The notes under the pieces: generated by a model | What the model saw: only the letters and a program-made list of their open reading frames with translations | Database searches by the model: none | What the model was told of the DNA's origin: nothing | DNA from: Zygnema circumcarinatum SAG 698-1b | Lineage: Eukaryota; Plantae; Zygnematophyceae | NCBI GenBank assembly: GCA_037447605.1 | Contig: CM074813.1 | Coordinates: forward strand, 186,001-250,000 | Direction of reading: 5' to 3' | Length of the DNA stretch: 64,000 bases | Part shown: piece after piece, positions 58,101-64,000 of the stretch | Position numbering within the stretch: position 1 is the first letter of the stretch | How the letters are laid out: every line of letters starts with the position of its first letter | Position numbers and translations under genes: made by a program

Positions 58101-59875
58101 AGGTGAGAGAAAACAAATTGAAAGACCTCTCACTTTTACGATTGATGCTTCATTTTATACATATTCATGTAGCTTTACTTGTCTGAAGGAATCACGCCAG
58201 ATTTGGTTCCTTTGTGTAAGGGATTTTTCCCTCTACACAGAACCAGTATCAGTTGCACCTGCCCGAGTGAATAATTGAGGTCAATTCAGAGTATCTGCCG
58301 TACATGTGTCCGGACGACATGGGCCGTCCGTTTCTGATGGTTGACAGATTGCTGTTGGTTCCATTGTCTTGGCTGTCTTAACAATATATTAAAAGCGTGT
58401 GTTAAGGACAGGTTCTAATGTATCTGTATCTTTTCTTGTTTATGTGAGATGCCTGTGCACATCTCGATCAATATATATATATATATATATATATGTATAC
58501 CTTCTTGTTGGAAGACAACAATCAACATATTCACCATGAGATATTGATTGACCCTTTTCGCTTTGAAAAAGGTGCACCTCAGTTATAGTCGATTTTATTA
58601 GGGCAAATGAACTCAATTAACTCTTGACTAATGCTCCAAAATGAATACTAGAGGAAAAGCAGTGAATTACACTTATTTAACCCCAAATAACCAGGCTAAA
58701 CGTCCTGACACGAACAAGAAAAGTGTAGAAACATAGTCTATTAACGAAGAACTTAAGTTCAATTATAGTTCTCATTGAAATGCAAACGTTTTCTGGAATG
58801 GCTTTTGGGCTGGTAGCAGATGGAGCTGGAAGAGCAAATAAAGGAATATCGAAAAAACCTTATATTTAAAGCGGTACCAATGCCGGCTTTCTATAAGGCT
58901 GGGAGCTTAACACAGAGAAGCAAACTAAGCAGATCAGAAAGAGGAAAGGTGAGAATATATCTCCGTCCTGACAGGCATAGAAGTCATAACGAGTTTAGTT
59001 GTCCCATTCGGCTTCGTTCAGTTATGTCTCATCTGACTGTCATACAAAGGGCTCTCATAACCAAGATCATTAGACCTAACGAAGCAGCCCTCCAGAAGGG
59101 GGGGAAGGGGGACGGGGGAGGCGGGTTTCCGCTGAAGCGGAAGTCTTGTCCGTCATAGAGAATAGTCCTAAAGTTCTGTAGTAGTATATTGCACTCTCAC
59201 CTCCCTTCCCCAGATGAAGGACTTATTATCTGACTAGCCACAGTTATCGTATCCACGACTTCTATTTTTAACAAACGAACGAAAACACATGGTAGTGACG
59301 ATAACGAGTAGGTAGTATTCATCAAGAATTTCATACTTTGGTGCACTAATCTCTCTTGAGAAAGCTAGCCATGATTCCTCGTCTTCATTGTGGTCCTCCA
59401 CTGAAATTTGAAAAAATGGAAAAGACTCAAATTGAAGTGCTAAAGAATGCCCGATTGTGGGCTCGTTGAGGAGGTGCAGGTCGGTGAACCCATACCTTCG
59501 GATTCTCGGCAGCAGAGCCGCTCTCAGAGAGCAGCGCAAGCGAAGGATGTGAAGGCGGAAAAAACTCCGAGAACCATAATCCCAAAACCTATTGTGAACC
59601 CCAAGACGCCCACGGAAGCCAAAGCAGCCGCGGGAGATAGGAAGACTGAAGAAGGAGAGAAGGAAGTGAAGGTGAAGGTGGAGAAAGCGCCCAACCAGGG
59701 ACCCACATGGAGTGTAAAACGGTCGCTTTCAGGGAAGGAAGGGAAGTCCGGTGTGGGGAACGGAGTGGGGAAGGAGGGAGCGGTGGCGGGTGCAGGGCAA
59801 GGGGTTCGGGGAGGGAGCACTACTAAGGCGGGAGGGGAAGCCAGTAAGGAGGGAGTGGTAGTGACGGGGAGGTAG
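55147..59875 (+). CDS. TPX2-domain microtubule-associated protein (WVD2/WDL-like), about 9 exons, boundaries approximate
   Basis: Exons encode NFTVPEPFSLATDRR, KPTTSPEPFNLESLK|RHEE...EEKRKFKAQPIAQ, EFKFASNDRAEKRKE|FTQRMEQKESKK and MELEEQIKEYRKNLIFKAVPMPAFY (TPX2 C-terminal domain). Confidence 0.78.
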
Positions 59876-60522
59876 GGTGGCAGTGGAGCAAAAGGAGAGT
59901 GGAGGAGAGAAGTGCCGAGACATTTCGCGAACGGCCTGTCCTGTGACGCACAAATAGCCGTTCGACGAGGCTACGTATGAAGGCAGTGACTGTTTTTGCA
60001 CTGAAAGGTCGTATCTTTCTATTTGCAGGTAGGCCAAAATTGGCACAATCGTGCTTGTCCAGGATTTAGGGTTTGGAGGTAAAGTGTGAACCACGACGAT
60101 GAAAATCCGGTAGTTCTGTGTTGACAGTCAGTTTAATTTATGTTGTCCATGTAGAACCAGTTTCTTAGAAGATTGGTGAGCGTAAGCCGCTTGAGAATGG
60201 GTATGTAGGGGTAAAGGTCGTTTTGGAACGGATACTCCGTTTTCTTCAATTTATAGCAGGTTTGGAAGGAGGAAATTGACCGCCCTAGAGAACCTGCGTG
60301 CTATTTGTTTTTATGCAAAATTTTCTTTTGTTTTACTGAGGTGTGCCCGATTTTGGGGAGTTGAAAGGCGTGAGAAAGTCTTTTGGAAGGGGCGGGAAGG
60401 GGAGGCGAAGGACATGGCTCTGGCAAACCATGGAGCCACGACCTTCGGAAATCGTCAGAAAGCTGTGAATTTCAATACAGTAGGGCGTAGGCAGGTCCCG
60501 GAAGGCCCTGACCCGCACACAT

Positions 60523-60600
60523 TACTGGAACCACAACTGGAACTATAACTGTAACTGGAACCGGAACTGGACTGGAATGAACTGGTCTGAACTGAACTGT
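60523..60600. repeat. Degenerate (ACTGG/AACTG)n short repeat, similar to 40411-40476
   Basis: actggaaccacaactggaactataactgtaactggaaccggaactggactggaatgaactggtctgaactgaactgt. Confidence 0.7.
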
Positions 60601-60700
60601 TATTAACGAAATGAAACTGTAGCTGTCGCCTGTGCACATGGAAGCTATCCGAAATTCGCATTTTTTTTTATTGGGGCGCATGTTGGCTCTGCGCTCACCC

Positions 60701-61733
60701 GCCACGTGGCATTCATCGTTGTCGCGTAGCGAAGTGCAGGTCTCTGCATCGCGACCCTCCGATTGGCTGCAGGGGATCGCGTGCGTCAGCAGACGTACGG
60801 CCGACTTGCTTCGTACGATCACTCGGCGGCTTCAGAGAGAACGTTGCCAAAGATTCTCCTGTTTTCAAAATCAAAAATAATATTTTTTGATGTCATCAAA
60901 AAATTAATTTCATCTGCCTGTTCTGTACGGTACGGGATTGCAGCCAATCCACTTCGGCTTTCGGTTTCGGGCAGAACATAAAAACATTTTTCAACAATGA
61001 AGCGCGTATCCTAGATAAATGGTTTTCAGACTTATTTAGAAAATGGAATCTTAAGAGCGCAGAGAACGTGCCACTTGAAGGACATTTTGTCGCGTTTGAC
61101 GTACGGTTGCTGATAGGACATTTGTCGCGTATGTCAACTTGGTGCGCTAGAGACAAAAAAATTCCACAATATTGATACGAACAAAAAATAATTTGTCTTA
61201 TTTTAGTACGAACTGTCCCTTCTGGGCGAGGCCTTGCAGGTCACCATTCGCTAGCGTCCAAGACGTCATCTTTGTCGCGTTGCTGACAGTCCTTACTTCA
61301 CGTGTCACCAAATGTCAAAATAGTCGACGCTAGCCAAGGCGGATGTGGCAAATCGGCTGACGTTGGTTCACGTGACATAGAACACGTGGCAATCATCCAC
61401 TGCCTGCACATCTGTCCGTCCTTTCCTTCACGTTGTCGTATGTGGTCTCTTTCAAATCCCATTAAGAAAAGGGACATAAACGACAAATAACGTGCGCCAA
61501 ACGGCGTAACTGGCGGACAAACAGCCACGGAACAAGACTGCCGACATGTCCCGCGAAGCTCTTCACGTGAGGAAAATTCTACAAAATCTATTTCAACCAG
61601 CGCTAATCTACCACGTCAGCGATACCGTTACCCATAACCTTTCGTTACGTCTTGCACCGACATTTTCGTTGTCCACGTGTTGAGTGCTATTTTGTCGTTT
61701 TGGGGCGACAACCGTCTCCCCGCCCAGCGACAA
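60701..61733. promoter_or_regulatory. Upstream region of DREB2-like copy 2 with clustered TTGTCG(CGT) motifs and G-box/ABRE cores
   Basis: TTGTCG or CGACAA at 60719, 61087, 61122, 61272, 61433, 61481, 61692, 61706 and 61728. CACGTG at about 60703, 61299, 61369, 61383, 61564 and 61674. Confidence 0.5.
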
Positions 61734-62239
61734 GGGGCAGCCGCCTTTTCGCCGCCGAGGGGCCGATTCCTTATCGATACGCCGCAGGGACAATATCTGC
61801 CAAAAAATCCAGATCGACGGCTCAAATTTATCACTGATCGCCATCGGACGGTTCTCAACGACCCACGAAAGTCCAAATTTTTCCTTCTTAAATGAATGGG
61901 CGATCAACGAGCCCCCCTTTGTCCCCTACAAATTCAGCGAATAAAATCCGATAAAATAAAATTCGTATCCGCGCGCTTCCTTCAAGTTTTTCCTTTTCGC
62001 AGTTCGAACACCAAAAAATGGGGTAAATCTCCCCTGATAAATATCAACCCCCACTCCCCCACCCCCCTAGGTGTCCGCTCCTCCCCTCTCCACAGCCCGA
62101 GAGAGAGCGACAGGGGGAGAGAAGTGGGGGGGAGAGAAGTGGGGGAGAGAGAGAGGGAGAGAGAACATTAAGGTGGACTTCAGAGAGAACCTAAGGGAGA
62201 GAGAGATAGGGAGAGATAGGGCGAGAGAGAGAGAGAGAA

Positions 62240-63889
62240 ATGTCGTCCTCCCCGCCTTCTCCAGAAGCGACACGTGGCAGCTCCAAGGGCTCCAAGGGCG
62301 GCCCCGAGAACAGCCTCCACCGGTACCGCGGCGTGCGGCAGCGCACGTGGGGGAAGTGGGTGGCGGAGATAAGGGAGCCGCGCAACCGCACGCGCATTTG
62401 GCTCGGCTCCTTCGCGACGGCGGAGGACGCCGCGCGGGCCTACGACAGGGCGGCACGTGTCCTGCACGGCCCGCGGGCGCGGCTCAACCTCGGGGGGGCC
62501 GCCGGGAAGCCGACAAAGGGGGGGCCTCCGCCCGGGGGGGCGGGGGAGGGGGAAGCTTTGGAGAAGGTGGGGGGAGGAGGGAGGGAGACGAGGAGGGTGG
62601 CGGAGGAGGTTTCGATGTGGACGGCCATGGCGGAGAGGGAGAGGAGGAGGGAGGGGGGAGGGGAGGGAGAGAGAGAGCTTGAGGGAGGGGGAGGGGGGAC
62701 CGCCGCGGGGGCGCCATTCATGGCTGCGGAGGAGAAGGGCAGCATGAAGAGGAGGAGGGCGTGGCCGAACCCAGCCATGGCTGCTTCTGTGGGGGGAGTT
62801 CAGGAAGGAGAGGGAGAGTTGGGAGAGAGGAGGATGCGGAGGAGGCGGGAGGGAGAGGAGGAGGTGAGGGAGCTGTTGCAGGAGAGGGTGAGAGGGGGAG
62901 GGAGGGAGGGACCGGGAGTGGTGGCGGAGGCCCTCCCAGCACTGATGGAGGCGGGGGTGGAGTTCTGGGGGAGGGCGCATCTGGAGGGAGTCGGTCAACC
63001 GATTCAACGGAGTCAATGGGGTCAACTGGGTCAGCTCAGTCAGCTGACTCAATTCAGTCAGCTTAGTCAGCTGAGTCAGTTGGGTCAACTGAGTCAACTG
63101 AGTCAACTCGGCCAATTGAGTTCAAAGCTAAGTCAGTTGGGTCAGATCAGTTTGGGGGGCAGTTTGGGTCAGACAGGTCAAATTGGTCAACCCAGTCAAT
63201 CAAGTCAATCGAGTCAACCGGGTTTCTATGGAAGTCAGAAGGCAGCGATTGGGAAGTGGGGGCAGGGAGAGATCGCAGGCGCGAAGGTGGAGGATAGGGA
63301 GGGGTACGGATGCTCGGAGGACCGTGGAGGAGAGAGAGGGCGGGAGAGAGCGGGCGAGGGAGAGGGAGAGAGGGAGAGGGGAGAGGGATGGAGATGCGAG
63401 AGGAGGCTGAAGAATGTGGACAACTGGGACAACAGCGTAACTGTGGAAAACCAGAAAAGCGGAGAAAATACGGAAAATTTGGATTCGGAGTCGCAGTGTT
63501 GGACGCCGAGTGGATCCGATGGTGGACCCAGCGGAAGTTGCATGACCAGTGGTGCGGTGCCAGGTGGCGCCGTGGGAGAGGCTGAAAACGGCAGTGACGT
63601 GGCAGCTCTGACAAGTGGCGAGATCGGACAGGGACAGGTGGCGCTCCCTCAGCTGCTCCAGCTGTACGCGTCGATGGGTGCGGGAGAGGGAGAGTTCGGA
63701 ATGCCGGAGGTTCCGTTGGGGGGGACGGAAAACTGTGTAACGGAGGTGAAGCGGAGGGACGACCTCGGGGACATCAATTTCCCAAATTTATCCAATTTGC
63801 AGAGTTTTCTGAGTCTGCCGAATTTCGGGTTGTTTCCGCTGCACGAGGTTTTGGGAGGGGCGGGAAATTCCGGCTTGTGGAGGTTTTAA
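62240..63889 (+). CDS. AP2/ERF transcription factor, DREB2 (group IV/A-2)-like, copy 2, intronless
   Basis: [69 protein letters not shown] in a 549-aa ATG-started ORF. Confidence 0.9.
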   Translation: MSSSPPSPEATRGSSKGSKGGPENSLHRYRGVRQRTWGKWVAEIREPRNRTRIWLGSFATAEDAARAYDRAARVLHGPRARLNLGGAAGKPTKGGPPPGGAGEGEALEKVGGGGRETRRVAEEVSMWTAMAERERRREGGGEGERELEGGGGGTAAGAPFMAAEEKGSMKRRRAWPNPAMAASVGGVQEGEGELGERRMRRRREGEEEVRELLQERVRGGGREGPGVVAEALPALMEAGVEFWGRAHLEGVGQPIQRSQWGQLGQLSQLTQFSQLSQLSQLGQLSQLSQLGQLSSKLSQLGQISLGGSLGQTGQIGQPSQSSQSSQPGFYGSQKAAIGKWGQGEIAGAKVEDREGYGCSEDRGGERGRERAGEGEGERERGEGWRCERRLKNVDNWDNSVTVENQKSGENTENLDSESQCWTPSGSDGGPSGSCMTSGAVPGGAVGEAENGSDVAALTSGEIGQGQVALPQLLQLYASMGAGEGEFGMPEVPLGGTENCVTEVKRRDDLGDINFPNLSNLQSFLSLPNFGLFPLHEVLGGAGNSGLWRF

Positions 63890-64000
63890 CAGGAGGTGGT
63901 TTTTTCTGGGGAAGGTTATCTGGGGGGGTGGGGGGAAGGGATTTAAGTGGTAGAGCTTTCTTAGGAAGGGATGGATAGAAAGTCTTTCGAAAATGTTGCC

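Overview
Eukaryotic, intron-containing nuclear DNA from a streptophyte, most likely a charophyte alga or early-diverging plant. This is inferred from gene content (MRS2-11, CTC1, DREB-type AP2/ERF, ACS-like, NF-YB, WVD2/TPX2-like, plant-type tRNA-Gly), GT-AG introns and long GA/CT microsatellites. Manual splicing gives 14 protein-coding genes. In order: a partial bacterial-type histidine phosphatase; two tandem 7-exon O-fucosyltransferase-like paralogs; GPATCH11-like; MRS2-11; CTC1; an acidic protein of unknown function; a group I AP2/ERF; a DREB2-like AP2/ERF; OST3/6; an ACS-like PLP enzyme; NF-YB; a WVD2/TPX2-like MAP; and a second DREB2-like gene. There is also one tRNA-Gly(GCC), a MITE-like element and a decayed RLE-type non-LTR retrotransposon. 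The most unusual signal is DNA-level. A fixed-spacing composite element, CCAAT-N10-CANNTG (ERSE-like; mostly CCAAT-N9-CCANNTGG), occurs about 15 times inside the CTC1 gene body, on both strands and in different reading frames, and again in two AP2 coding regions. Other signals are an exact plant UPR element in the OST3/ACS-like bidirectional promoter, and a shared promoter architecture (TTGTCG(CGT) cluster plus ACTGG/AACTG repeat) upstream of both DREB2-like paralogs. All counts were made by eye, and minor exon boundaries are approximate.
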